DNA of 41,252 bases from the sequence record SRR31156797_136. One strand, 5' to 3'. Below are positions 21,515 through 32,930 of this stretch, piece by piece. The notes under the pieces were generated by a model that worked only from the letters and a program-made list of their open reading frames with translations, searched no databases and had not been told where the DNA came from. Numbering within the stretch: position 1 is the stretch's first letter; every line of letters begins with the position of its first letter. A program made the translations under genes and the position numbers.

Positions 21515-22160
21515 GATTGCCCCTTCAATACTATCCTCGAATTTTACTACACTAGGTGAAACAATAAAACACCTAGAGCATTCTGGTGCCGATATGATTC
21601 ACATTGATGTTATGGATGGTTCTTTTGTTAATCAGATAACATTTGGTCATAAAATGGTAAAGGATATCAGAAGTATAACCAATCTGCCGCTTGATGTTCA
21701 CCTGATGATTGTCAATCCAGAAAAACATATTGACAGCTTTGCAGATGCTGGTGCTGATATTATCACAGTTCATCAGGAAAGTGCAGAGAATCTGACTGAA
21801 ATAATAAAATATATTAAGTCTACAGAAACAAAAGCAAGTGTATCAATAAAGCCAGATACACCTGTAGATACAATATTTGATGTGCTGCCACTCCTAGATA
21901 TGGTACTAATTATGACCGTCGTCCCAGGTCTTGGGGGACAAGCACTTATTGAGTCTACTTTGGATAAGGTAAATGCTCTGTACAAAATGAAAGAAACCAA
22001 TTCAATGTATACATATGACATTCAGGTTGACGGCGGCATTAATCCTATAACTGCTGGCAAAGCAATTTTTGCTGGTGCTAACATTCTGGTTGCCGGCTCT
22101 GCTATTACCAAAACTAAAGATTACAAAACAAACATAGATGCTCTAAGGGGAAATTCTTGA
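21507..22160 (+). CDS. rpe: Ribulose-phosphate 3-epimerase
   Basis: IAPSILS, HIDVMDG, DVHLM, VDGG. Confidence 0.95.
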   Translation: MIKIAPSILSSNFTTLGETIKHLEHSGADMIHIDVMDGSFVNQITFGHKMVKDIRSITNLPLDVHLMIVNPEKHIDSFADAGADIITVHQESAENLTEIIKYIKSTETKASVSIKPDTPVDTIFDVLPLLDMVLIMTVVPGLGGQALIESTLDKVNALYKMKETNSMYTYDIQVDGGINPITAGKAIFAGANILVAGSAITKTKDYKTNIDALRGNS

Positions 22161-22795
22161 ATACTTTAATAATTCTAAATGGTAAAAAACCATCTGCTAA
22201 ACTACTAAACTGTACTGCAAAAAATAAAGATTTGATAATATGTGCTGACGGCGGAGCAAAATGGGTAGATAGAAGCAATATCCACGTAGATGTTATTATC
22301 GGCGATTTTGACTCAGTTGATAAAAGTATAATAGACAAGTATAAAGAAACTGATGTTAAAATAATAACTGCCCCTGTCAAAAAAGATGAAACTGATGGCG
22401 TTCTGGCAGTTGATTATGCAATCAATAGCGGCAGTACCAATATTGAAATCTTAGGCTCAAACGGCGGAAGGCTGGATCATCAGCTAGGCAACATAATGCT
22501 GCTAAAGCGTATATTGGATGCTGGTTGCACTGGCAAGCTGGTGTTCAAAAACGGTTATGCAATAATGAGCGGCAAGCCTATAAAGCTTAGTACAATATCT
22601 GGCAGTACAATATCTGTTATCCCTTTCTGTGGTGATGTAAAAATTGAGCATTCATCTGGATTCAAGTACCCAATTACCCTCGATACAAAGTTTACTTATA
22701 ACTACCCTATAGGTATCAGCAATGTTGCTGCAACGGATACTATAGAACTAAAAATAATATCTGGTTACGTTGTAATTTTTATTTACGATTGTTGA
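22157..22795 (+). CDS. thiN: Thiamine diphosphokinase
   Basis: ICADGGA, GDFDS, KDETD, GGRLDH, GISN. Confidence 0.93.
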   Translation: MNTLIILNGKKPSAKLLNCTAKNKDLIICADGGAKWVDRSNIHVDVIIGDFDSVDKSIIDKYKETDVKIITAPVKKDETDGVLAVDYAINSGSTNIEILGSNGGRLDHQLGNIMLLKRILDAGCTGKLVFKNGYAIMSGKPIKLSTISGSTISVIPFCGDVKIEHSSGFKYPITLDTKFTYNYPIGISNVAATDTIELKIISGYVVIFIYDC

Positions 22796-22885
22796 AGGCA
22801 CTATTTCCAACATTTTAGCGAGATTTTAGATACAAGCGAAGATAACTTATTTACAGCTCGAAGGCTATTGAGCAAGGTCCTAGTG

Positions 22886-23544
22886 CTAACAATTTTTAAT
22901 AAATTCTACTACTTCTTCTATTAAGTCTGCTGCTCTATCGCAGTTTGCCGTATTATCAATAAATGCATGATTAGTATTTTCATACAATATGAATTTAACC
23001 TTGTTACCAGCTTAATCAAATGCTTTTGCATAAGCAAGGGAGCATTCATTTAATCCATCCAGCACACCTACTGCAATAAGGTATTCTGCAGATTACTAAA
23101 GTCTTTGCATAGCATTGGCGATACATATTGATTTGTATAATCCTTTTTGTCTTTTATATACATTTCTAGTATAGCTTCCACAAAAGCATCTCTTTCCCTG
23201 ATGTTCCGTTTGGGTTAATATTAAATAAGATTACAGGATATATTAGAATTCTCTTATTTGTTTTTACGTCTTTTTGCTCTCTTGCCATTATGGATATTAC
23301 AGCTGCTAAGTTGCCTCCGGCAATGTCTCCTATAACTATAATTTTATCCGTTTCAATGCTTAGCTCTTTAGCATATGCATCTCCCCCAAACTACAGCTTT
23401 ATATGAATCTTCCAGTCCTTCTGGAAATTCAGCCTCCGGTGCCAGATGATAGTCCACAGATATCACAACGCAGTCTGCCTTGTCAGCAACCCTATCGATT
23501 ATAGCTCCAGTAAGCATATTATCTCTAAATATATCTTCTCTCAT
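22886..23544 (-). pseudogene. HSL-family alpha/beta hydrolase (esterase/lipase) pseudogene
   Basis: Fragments across shifting frames: VVISVDYHLAPEAEFPEGLED, IIVIGDIAGGNLAA (GDSAGG Ser lost), YVSPML..FSNL, YENTNHAF; internal stop and several frameshifts. Confidence 0.85.
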
Positions 23545-23832
23545 CTATTCGATATTTAATTATTTTTAATGAGGATAGAACTTTTAACATTTCTATAATG
23601 AAAAAACATTACAATCAGACTTACCAAAGAGACACAGTCATTTTTAATATGTATTAAAAATTGAAGAGTAATACACTAGCACATTAAAAGTCTTTTCAGG
23701 ATATACACAAGTGTGACGTAACAGCAAAATCATATCTAAATATTTTTGAACATTTATGAGAAGTTGTAATTAATGATGTGAAACCATGTATAGTGTATAG
23801 AATCTTTCGCTATTATTGCAACACTAACTCTT

Positions 23833-23861
23833 TTGACTCTTAGTAGAAATAGTTATATATT
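23833..23861 (+). promoter_or_regulatory. Sigma-A promoter of the PTS regulator/operon, flanked by two TATAGTGTATAG direct repeats
   Basis: TTGACT-N17-TATATT; identical 12-mers at 23789-23800 and 23874-23885. Confidence 0.6.
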
Positions 23862-23907
23862 CATTTTAGCGTATATAGTGTATAGTATTCATGGGAGGTA
23901 AATCACC

Positions 23908-26520
23908 ATGAAGACAAACAAAGAACACATTTATGATTTTATTAGACTTCATACTGATGTTGATTCATCTGGTATCACTACACAAACACTTGCTGAAGCA
24001 CTGCACTTGCATAGATCCAATGTGAGCAGTATTTTGAATGATTTAGTTCGTGAGGGCAAAATAGAAAAATCTGCTGGAAGACCAGTGCGTTATAAATTTC
24101 TATATGAAAGAAATGCAGCAATACAAGATTGTTTTACAAATATGATTGGATCAGATGGTAGTCTGCAGCATGCAATCAAGCTGGCAAAGGCTGCTATTGT
24201 ATATCCCGAACATAGCCTAAGCATATTGCTTGTAGGAGAATCAGGGGTTGGCAAGAGCTTTATGGCTATGCTGATACATCGTTACGCAATTGAATCTGGC
24301 GTGTTTGAAAAAAATGCGCCATATGTGACACTGGATTGCAGTGAATATCAGGATAATGAAGCAGGACTGATATCTTTATTATTGGATATCAATCCTGATA
24401 ACGTGTTTAACGCTTCCAAAAGCGGAGTTTTATATATAGACAATGTACATCTGCTGTCTATATCAGCTCGCAGCAGAATTATGCAGTTGACTGAAAACGC
24501 TGAATTCGAGTCAGAACAGCATGAAAAAGCTCCTTTATTAATAGTCAGCTGTGACAGGAGCAATAAATCAGTATATGAAAGTTTTGAAAAAAAGATACCA
24601 ATTGTAATACAGCTTCCTTCACTTGCAGAGAGATCAATACAGGAAAGACTGGCATTAATACAAGCTTTCTTTACATTGGAAGCTGCTCGCGCTAAACGAA
24701 CATTGGTTATCAATGCAGAACTGCTGAGATGTCTTTTACTGTATCATTGCACAGATTACAATATTTTGCAGCTGAAAATTGATATCAAGCGTGGCTGTGC
24801 ATCAGCTTATATGAGGGAGCACATGAATAGCAGCAGTCAGTTACACTTGTACATGAGTGACTTTGAGCCGTATGTTCGCAAAGGGTTTCTGCATTACTGG
24901 GAAAGCAGGGAGGAAATCGAAGAACTAATTTCTGATGACTACGATTATGAATTTTCTGAATCCACAATGGTAATGAGCGAAATTGACTACGAGAAACTAA
25001 AGCTTAGTAATTTATACGATGAAATAGATCGACGTTCTAACGAATTGTCAGCACGAGGCATGACCGAACAAGAAGTTAATTCGCTGCTTTGCATTAAATT
25101 TGAAGCTAATGCCTGTAAGTATTGGAACACTATCGCAAAGCGAGTAATAAATAAGGAACAGCTTTTAAAGCTTGTTGATGAGCAAATTATAAAGCTGGTA
25201 GAAGATTTTCTATCATATGCTTCAGTCAAGACTGAAACGACATTTCCACCTTCAGTGTTTTATGGGCTGTGCTTACATATATCAGAGATTACAAAAGGCA
25301 AAGTATCTCAGCAGGTGCTGGATAATAGTCAGATAGCGGAAATAGTAGAGCGACACAGAAGCGAATACATACTTGCTCTAGAGCTGTCTGGGAGAATAGA
25401 AGAGCAGTATAACATAAGTCTTCCTGTAGATGAGAGTGCATTAATTGCAATGATACTCTGTACAAGAAACGAACCAAAAACTAGAACGAATAAGCCAGTG
25501 ATTCTATTTGCGCTACACGGTGCAGGTGTAGCTTCCTCGCTGGTGTCAAGCATTAATAGTGTTGCAGGAAACAACAATGTATATGCATTTGATATTTCAT
25601 ACACACTGGAAAGTTCAGAAACTTATACTGAACTTAGAAAATATATTGAACGTATTGATCAGGGCGGAGGAATTATTGTGTTCTATGACATAGAATTTCT
25701 TCGGCAGATTCTTGACACTATTGAATTAGAAACTGGAGCTGCAATTCGAGCGGTTGCGTTTCCTATTACACTGTTAGGAATTGAATGGTCACGTCGGGCT
25801 ATACTTTCACCAAACGTTGATGAATTATCTTCGACGGTAATGCAGAATTTGGGAATGCTGCGTAAGCATCTTCCTCAAGTCATTATTACACTGTGCACAA
25901 CTGGTATTGGGTGTGCAGAAGAATTAAAAAGCTATATTGAACAACATGGTGATATTGGTAATAAAAAGGTTATTGCTTTGCAAATGGCAGATAGAGACAG
26001 GCTGAAGGCAGATATTACTGCACTTCAAAAGAAAATGACTCCATATTGTATTGTTGGTACACAAAATCCAAATTTATATGGTATACCTTTTATTCCTATA
26101 AGCGATGTACTTGGATGCGATACTAAGCTGCTGCCGGAGGTGCTACGATTTAAAAACAGAGAGAAGCGGCGTATTAATACAAAACAGGTGTTTGAGTATT
26201 TAGACGAACAGCTTGAACACACAGATACAAAGAAGCTGCGAAGAATGCTGCCGCCGATTATTGAACAGTTTAATATAAGTATCCGACCTATGTCGCTTGA
26301 TACAGAGATTGGACTGCATATGCACATTGCTTGTGCAATAGAGCGACTTTGTTCTGGAGCGGCTACTCCACGAAACCTGCATTGTGATGATATTATTTCA
26401 AAGTATAAGATAGAGTATACAGAGCTGCGCAGTGCTTTAAAGCCATTGGAAAAAGCTTTTAAAATAATTTTTCCTGATGATGAGTTGGCAAATATATTAA
26501 TGATTTTATATAAATTATAG
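23908..26520 (+). CDS. LevR/CelR-type PRD-containing transcriptional regulator with degenerate AAA+ domain
   Basis: N-terminal HTH, Walker A GESGVGKS, PRD1 (LCLHI), EIIA-Man-like (ALHG), EIIB-like (LCTTGIG), PRD2 (LHMHIAC); no GAFTGA. Confidence 0.85.
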   Translation: MKTNKEHIYDFIRLHTDVDSSGITTQTLAEALHLHRSNVSSILNDLVREGKIEKSAGRPVRYKFLYERNAAIQDCFTNMIGSDGSLQHAIKLAKAAIVYPEHSLSILLVGESGVGKSFMAMLIHRYAIESGVFEKNAPYVTLDCSEYQDNEAGLISLLLDINPDNVFNASKSGVLYIDNVHLLSISARSRIMQLTENAEFESEQHEKAPLLIVSCDRSNKSVYESFEKKIPIVIQLPSLAERSIQERLALIQAFFTLEAARAKRTLVINAELLRCLLLYHCTDYNILQLKIDIKRGCASAYMREHMNSSSQLHLYMSDFEPYVRKGFLHYWESREEIEELISDDYDYEFSESTMVMSEIDYEKLKLSNLYDEIDRRSNELSARGMTEQEVNSLLCIKFEANACKYWNTIAKRVINKEQLLKLVDEQIIKLVEDFLSYASVKTETTFPPSVFYGLCLHISEITKGKVSQQVLDNSQIAEIVERHRSEYILALELSGRIEEQYNISLPVDESALIAMILCTRNEPKTRTNKPVILFALHGAGVASSLVSSINSVAGNNNVYAFDISYTLESSETYTELRKYIERIDQGGGIIVFYDIEFLRQILDTIELETGAAIRAVAFPITLLGIEWSRRAILSPNVDELSSTVMQNLGMLRKHLPQVIITLCTTGIGCAEELKSYIEQHGDIGNKKVIALQMADRDRLKADITALQKKMTPYCIVGTQNPNLYGIPFIPISDVLGCDTKLLPEVLRFKNREKRRINTKQVFEYLDEQLEHTDTKKLRRMLPPIIEQFNISIRPMSLDTEIGLHMHIACAIERLCSGAATPRNLHCDDIISKYKIEYTELRSALKPLEKAFKIIFPDDELANILMILYKL

Positions 26521-26536
26521 ATGGAAGGTGGAATAT

Positions 26537-26860
26537 ATGGCATTAAATGAAATTTTAGAAGATATAGCAATGAGGATTATTTCGAACAGCGGAGCAGCAC
26601 GCGGAGCTGCATTTGAAGCACTTAGTAAAGTGAAATCAGGAGAATTCGACGAAGCAGAGAAATTGCTAAAGAGTGCTGATGAACATGCACATATGGCGCA
26701 TAAAGCACACACAGAACTTCTTACGTTATATTCAAAAGGAGAAGTTGAAGGCAGTGATATTCTGCTGGCACATGCGCAGGATCATATGATGTGTGCGATG
26801 TTGGCACAAGAAATGATTGTGGAAATTATTGAACTTCGTAAAATACAGACAAACCAATAA
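26537..26860 (+). CDS. PTS lactose/cellobiose family IIA
   Basis: IISNSGAAR, AHKAHT, LLAHAQDH. Confidence 0.92.
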   Translation: MALNEILEDIAMRIISNSGAARGAAFEALSKVKSGEFDEAEKLLKSADEHAHMAHKAHTELLTLYSKGEVEGSDILLAHAQDHMMCAMLAQEMIVEIIELRKIQTNQ

Positions 26861-27020
26861 TAAAAAACGAAAAAATAGTTGTACGACGAAAAGAGACACT
26901 GTTTTATCGCTTTTAGGAATGATAAACAATCTGTAATGCGACAACATCAATTATATTATTTAAGGTATGGGTTAGCCTTTCAATATAATCCGAATTACGA
27001 CGTTAGGAGGAGTAAAATCT

Positions 27021-27314
27021 ATGAAAATACTTTTGGTATGTGCAGGTGGCATGTCAACCAGTATCTTAATGAAAAAGCTTAAAAAGTATGCAGACGAACA
27101 AGATATTGAGCTTGAGATACTCGCACGCGGTGTAGGGGATTATGATGATGTATATGAAAATTACGATATTATCCTGCTTGGACCGCAGATATCTTATCAA
27201 AAATCCAATATTGAAACGGATACTAAGAAACTGGTTGAAGTAATAGCACCCTATGATTATGCAATCGGAAATGCAGAAAACATTTTCAAGCAGATTGCAA
27301 AAAAATTATCATAA
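27021..27314 (+). CDS. PTS lactose/cellobiose family IIB
   Basis: ILLVCAGGMSTS, LLGPQ. Confidence 0.92.
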   Translation: MKILLVCAGGMSTSILMKKLKKYADEQDIELEILARGVGDYDDVYENYDIILLGPQISYQKSNIETDTKKLVEVIAPYDYAIGNAENIFKQIAKKLS

Positions 27315-27343
27315 ATAACAATTAAAGAAGTGAGGAAATTTTT

Positions 27344-28675
27344 ATGGAAGCAAATCAAAGTAAAACAAACAAGTTCTTCGAAAGTAAATTTATGAAAAGT
27401 CTTGAGCGTTTTGGGCAGAAACTTGCCGCAAACAAGGGTTTTTCATCTATTAGCAAATCCATGATGGCGACGCTGGCACTGATTCTTGTTGGTGCAGTAT
27501 TTCAAATTGTAGCAACAATACCTACACTTTTCGGATGGTTTACAACATCTGACCAAATATACAATATATTATATACTCCATATAATTTAACAATGGGTAT
27601 GATTAGTGTATACTTAGTATTTATGATTGCGTATAACTATTCAAAAGCACTGGGATTGAGACCGATGCAGAATGGTATTGTTGCACTGGTATGCTTTTTT
27701 GCAGTGTGTGCACCTGTACAGACAGTAACTCTTGCAGATGGCAGTACAACAATGTCTGTACTTGATTTCTCTTATCTTGGTTCACAGGGTATGTTTGTAG
27801 CAATCCTTATTGCAATCCTATCTGTAAAGCTTACAAAATTCTGCTTGAAGCACAATATTACAATCAAGCTGCCAGATGTTGTACCTTCATTTTTGGCAGA
27901 CGCATTTTCTGCAATGCTGCCACTGCTTTTCAACTTAATTATCTGGTATGGCATAGGTACTGCTCTTTCATTGGCAACAGGCGGAGTAATGACACTGCCA
28001 CTGCTAATTAACTACATTCTTTCTATTCCAATTAACGCACTAAACAGCGTACCAGGCATGCTGGTAGTCACATTAATTGTCTGTTTGCTTTGGTCATTTG
28101 GTATACACGGAACAATGGTTGCTTTTATTGCATTAATGGCAATACTCATGCAGTCTGTAACAGCAAACGCTGAATTAGTTGCAGCAGGAAAGGAACCAGT
28201 ATTTTATCCGGTTTTACTCATATATGCTTTAATGACTGCAGGTGGTACAGGCAATACCTTAGGATTGGTACTACATGGCTTAAAATGTAAATCACAACAG
28301 CTCCGTTCAATCAGTAAGATGTCAGTTGTTCCAGGTTTATTTGGTATTAATGAGCCAATTACATTCGGCTTCCCTGTAATGTATAACCCAGTTATGGTAA
28401 TTCCATTTATACTGACACCAATGATTACAGTGGCTATTGTCTGGATAGGTTATGCCATCGGCTTCTTCAAGCCAGCATATATTCTTCTGCTGACATTGAT
28501 GCCAATAGGTGTTGGTGAGTTTCTTACCTCTATGGCATGGCAAAATCTATTCATTCCGGTAGTTGGAATAATTGTCGGTCTATTGGTATATTATCCATTT
28601 ATTAAGGTATATGACAAGCAGTTATATTCAAATGAACAGGCTGTGGCTATGGAAGGCGAAAGTACAGAGAATTAA
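27344..28675 (+). CDS. PTS lactose/cellobiose family IIC permease
   Basis: Multi-TM; LWSFGIHG, GGTG.TL, FGINEP..FGFP. Confidence 0.92.
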   Translation: MEANQSKTNKFFESKFMKSLERFGQKLAANKGFSSISKSMMATLALILVGAVFQIVATIPTLFGWFTTSDQIYNILYTPYNLTMGMISVYLVFMIAYNYSKALGLRPMQNGIVALVCFFAVCAPVQTVTLADGSTTMSVLDFSYLGSQGMFVAILIAILSVKLTKFCLKHNITIKLPDVVPSFLADAFSAMLPLLFNLIIWYGIGTALSLATGGVMTLPLLINYILSIPINALNSVPGMLVVTLIVCLLWSFGIHGTMVAFIALMAILMQSVTANAELVAAGKEPVFYPVLLIYALMTAGGTGNTLGLVLHGLKCKSQQLRSISKMSVVPGLFGINEPITFGFPVMYNPVMVIPFILTPMITVAIVWIGYAIGFFKPAYILLLTLMPIGVGEFLTSMAWQNLFIPVVGIIVGLLVYYPFIKVYDKQLYSNEQAVAMEGESTEN

Positions 28676-28898
28676 ATATAAAGTGAAAGCGGCGATATTT
28701 TTTGATAGATATACAAGCTAATGTCATTACAGTAAAAATAATTGAACAGATAGAGAAATAAAGTATTGTGACTAAGAAAAGGTCAAGTAACTATGTTTGT
28801 ATTGATGATGTAAAATTAATTACTGCTATTGGTTCTGGATGTAGAATCCAGCATGACAAGCTTGTTCAACAAAAATTATTGCCGCTTATATAGATTGA

Positions 28899-30362
<1,464 letters not shown>

Positions 30363-30380
30363 AAGTGAGGTAATAAACAT

Positions 30381-31787
30381 ATGAGAGTTGCAAGTATAGG
30401 AGCAGGCAGTACTTACACACCCAACTTCGCAGAAGAAATGATAAAATTGTATGATCAAATCCCTGTAACAGAATGGGTGATGATGGATATTAATGCAGAT
30501 CGTGTGGAGTGTGTAGCAAAATTTACAGCAGATATGCTTGAAAAAGCAGGTATTGACTGTAAAATAACTGTTACTACAGATTTAAAAGAAGCTGTAACAG
30601 ACGCAGATTTTGTATTCTCCACTATTCGAGTTGGAGGAGCACAAGGACGATATTATGATGAAATTATACCGCCTAAATATGACCTTATAGGTCAGGAAAC
30701 ATCAGCACCAGGCGGACTTGCAATGGGACTTCGAAACATTCCGGAAATGGTTGAAATCGCAAATACGATTGTTAAATATGCCAAGCCTGAAGCTTGGTTT
30801 ATCAATCTGGCAAATCCCAGCGGAATGCTTACAGAAGCTGTTTGCAGAGAAACAGACTGTAAAATAGTTGGTCTTTGCAACTGGCCCACTATGCTGCACG
30901 AAGGTACTGCAAAGGCATATGGTGTAGACAGAAGCAAGGTGTTTTTGAAGCATTACGGAATAGATCATTTGGGCTGGTCTATACCATTTGTTGAGGGTAG
31001 AAATGTATCAGATACTGCATACGAAAAATTCAGCGAAGGTGTCCGGGCTCTAATGGGCGCAGATATTTCAAGTGCAGGTGTACCCAAGGATATTGTAGAT
31101 TTTACAGGTTATCCTCTTATGATTATGTATGATGATTTGTATTACAGAACAAAAGCACATCAGAGCAAAGACTCACAGATATTTATCGGAGCATACAGAG
31201 AATGGATAAAAGCAAAAAAAGACCTGTTCCCTAAAGATATTTATGAGAAAATGCAAAATGTAAAAAAACGTGCAGAAATGGTATTGATTATTGATGAACT
31301 CGCCATTGAAATGTATAGACAAATTAACTACGAAGGATATAATATAGTAATGGGAACACGAGGAGGTCATGGCTATGGATTAGCAGGGCTCAATGTAATG
31401 CGTGCAATACATGGCAACACAAGTGAAGTACAGATTGTGAATCATCCGAACTACGGAACATATCCGGAGCTTGAGTTTACCGATGTGGTACAGACGCCCT
31501 GTGTGCTGAACCGTTCAGGAGTATATCCTTTGGCTATGAACACTGGCACACCAGAGCATATGAAATCACTTGTACAAGCTGCAAAACATTATGAAAAACA
31601 AGCAGTACAGGCAGCTATGACCGGTGATTACCGTATGGCATTGGGGGCATTGATATCATGTCCGCTTACTAATAACTTTGAAAGCTCACGCAAGGCACTT
31701 GATGAGCTGATTGTTGCCCATAAGGAATATCTACCTAATTTCGCTCCGACAATTGCGAAACTGGAAAAAGGTGAAAGACCGTACTAA
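30381..31787 (+). CDS. GH4 NAD-dependent (6-phospho)-glycosidase
   Basis: IGAGSTYTP, IRVGG, GQET..PGG, NPSG, GLCN, GIDH. Confidence 0.88.
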   Translation: MRVASIGAGSTYTPNFAEEMIKLYDQIPVTEWVMMDINADRVECVAKFTADMLEKAGIDCKITVTTDLKEAVTDADFVFSTIRVGGAQGRYYDEIIPPKYDLIGQETSAPGGLAMGLRNIPEMVEIANTIVKYAKPEAWFINLANPSGMLTEAVCRETDCKIVGLCNWPTMLHEGTAKAYGVDRSKVFLKHYGIDHLGWSIPFVEGRNVSDTAYEKFSEGVRALMGADISSAGVPKDIVDFTGYPLMIMYDDLYYRTKAHQSKDSQIFIGAYREWIKAKKDLFPKDIYEKMQNVKKRAEMVLIIDELAIEMYRQINYEGYNIVMGTRGGHGYGLAGLNVMRAIHGNTSEVQIVNHPNYGTYPELEFTDVVQTPCVLNRSGVYPLAMNTGTPEHMKSLVQAAKHYEKQAVQAAMTGDYRMALGALISCPLTNNFESSRKALDELIVAHKEYLPNFAPTIAKLEKGERPY

Positions 31788-31825
31788 AGTATTAGTAAAA
31801 TGCAACAACTAAAGCGAGGGGACAC

Positions 31826-32098
31826 ATGATAACAAAACAAACAAAAGTAATTAATAAAACCGGACTACACGCACGACCTGCATCAAATTTTGTTATGAAA
31901 GCAAAAGAATTTGAATCTGATATTAAAGTAAAAAGCCTGGATGCCGATGACGAGGCTGTAAATGCTAAATCCATACTGCGTTTGCTCTCCAAAGGTATTA
32001 GCCAGGGAACAAATATAGAGATAATAGCAGATGGAGTAGATGAAAATGCTGCTGTGGATGCACTAGTTGCACTGGTTGAAAGTGGGTTTGGAGAATGA
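31826..32098 (+). CDS. ptsH: Phosphocarrier protein HPr
   Basis: GLHARPA (His15), NAKSIL (Ser46 equivalent). Confidence 0.93.
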   Translation: MITKQTKVINKTGLHARPASNFVMKAKEFESDIKVKSLDADDEAVNAKSILRLLSKGISQGTNIEIIADGVDENAAVDALVALVESGFGE

Positions 32099-32928
32099 AT
32101 AAAAACGGCGGATTTCGGCTGATTGCATGTGATTTGGATGGTACGTTGATTTCTCACAGTATGAATTTGCCGGAATCCGCCAAAAATGCACTTAATGCTG
32201 CGAAGAAAGCAGGGTGTATAGTTATAATAGCAACAGGTCGCTCACAATGTATGATTCCCAAAAGTATATTTAAACTACCGTCTGTAGATGCTGTCATCAG
32301 CAGTAATGGTGCACGGATAATTCAGAAAGATGGCAAATTAATGAGACTTCAGTCGTTTAATTACGAAAGTGCACTTTCTATTATTGACCAAATAGTAGAT
32401 GAAAATGGTGCATTGAATGTCTTTTTTGATGGAAAAGCACTCTTTGACAGGCATTTCATAAAGTCATCAAAATTTGGCAGAAATCTTTTGGCTATGCTGT
32501 TTCGATTAAGCCCATATGTACGCAGTTCTACGGCTATTCGCCGTTATATACAAAAAAATAACATTTGTATAGAAAAGATTGACTGCGTATTTGAAACAGA
32601 AGAGAAGGCTGCACGTATTTTGACAGAACTACAGCAAAATAATGGAATTACCCCTGTAACAACAATGGGCAAAGACGTAGAAATAACATCAGCCAATGTA
32701 AGTAAAGGCAATGCACTTTCGTATCTTTGTAAACACTACAATATACAAAAAGAGCATGTGTTGGTTTGCGGTAACAGTGGTAATGATATGTCTATGAGAC
32801 CATACGCACAATACTTTGCAGCACCAAAAGATTCATCAGCAGATATATTGGAAAAAGCGGATATAGTTTTGGATAGTGCAGAAAACGACGGCATTGCAAA
32901 ATGGCTATTAGAATTGTTTGGAGGCTAA
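32095..32928 (+). CDS. Cof-type HAD-IIB hydrolase (probable sugar-phosphate phosphatase)
   Basis: DLDGTL, ATGR, SSNGA, KGNAL, GNSGND. Confidence 0.88.
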   Translation: MNKNGGFRLIACDLDGTLISHSMNLPESAKNALNAAKKAGCIVIIATGRSQCMIPKSIFKLPSVDAVISSNGARIIQKDGKLMRLQSFNYESALSIIDQIVDENGALNVFFDGKALFDRHFIKSSKFGRNLLAMLFRLSPYVRSSTAIRRYIQKNNICIEKIDCVFETEEKAARILTELQQNNGITPVTTMGKDVEITSANVSKGNALSYLCKHYNIQKEHVLVCGNSGNDMSMRPYAQYFAAPKDSSADILEKADIVLDSAENDGIAKWLLELFGG

Positions 32929-32930
32929 TA

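Noticed and set aside
26879-27082. 67-aa ORF or RAT antiterminator between IIA and IIB
   Set aside because: No RBS, it overlaps IIB, and there is no recognisable RAT/terminator pair; only a weak hairpin.
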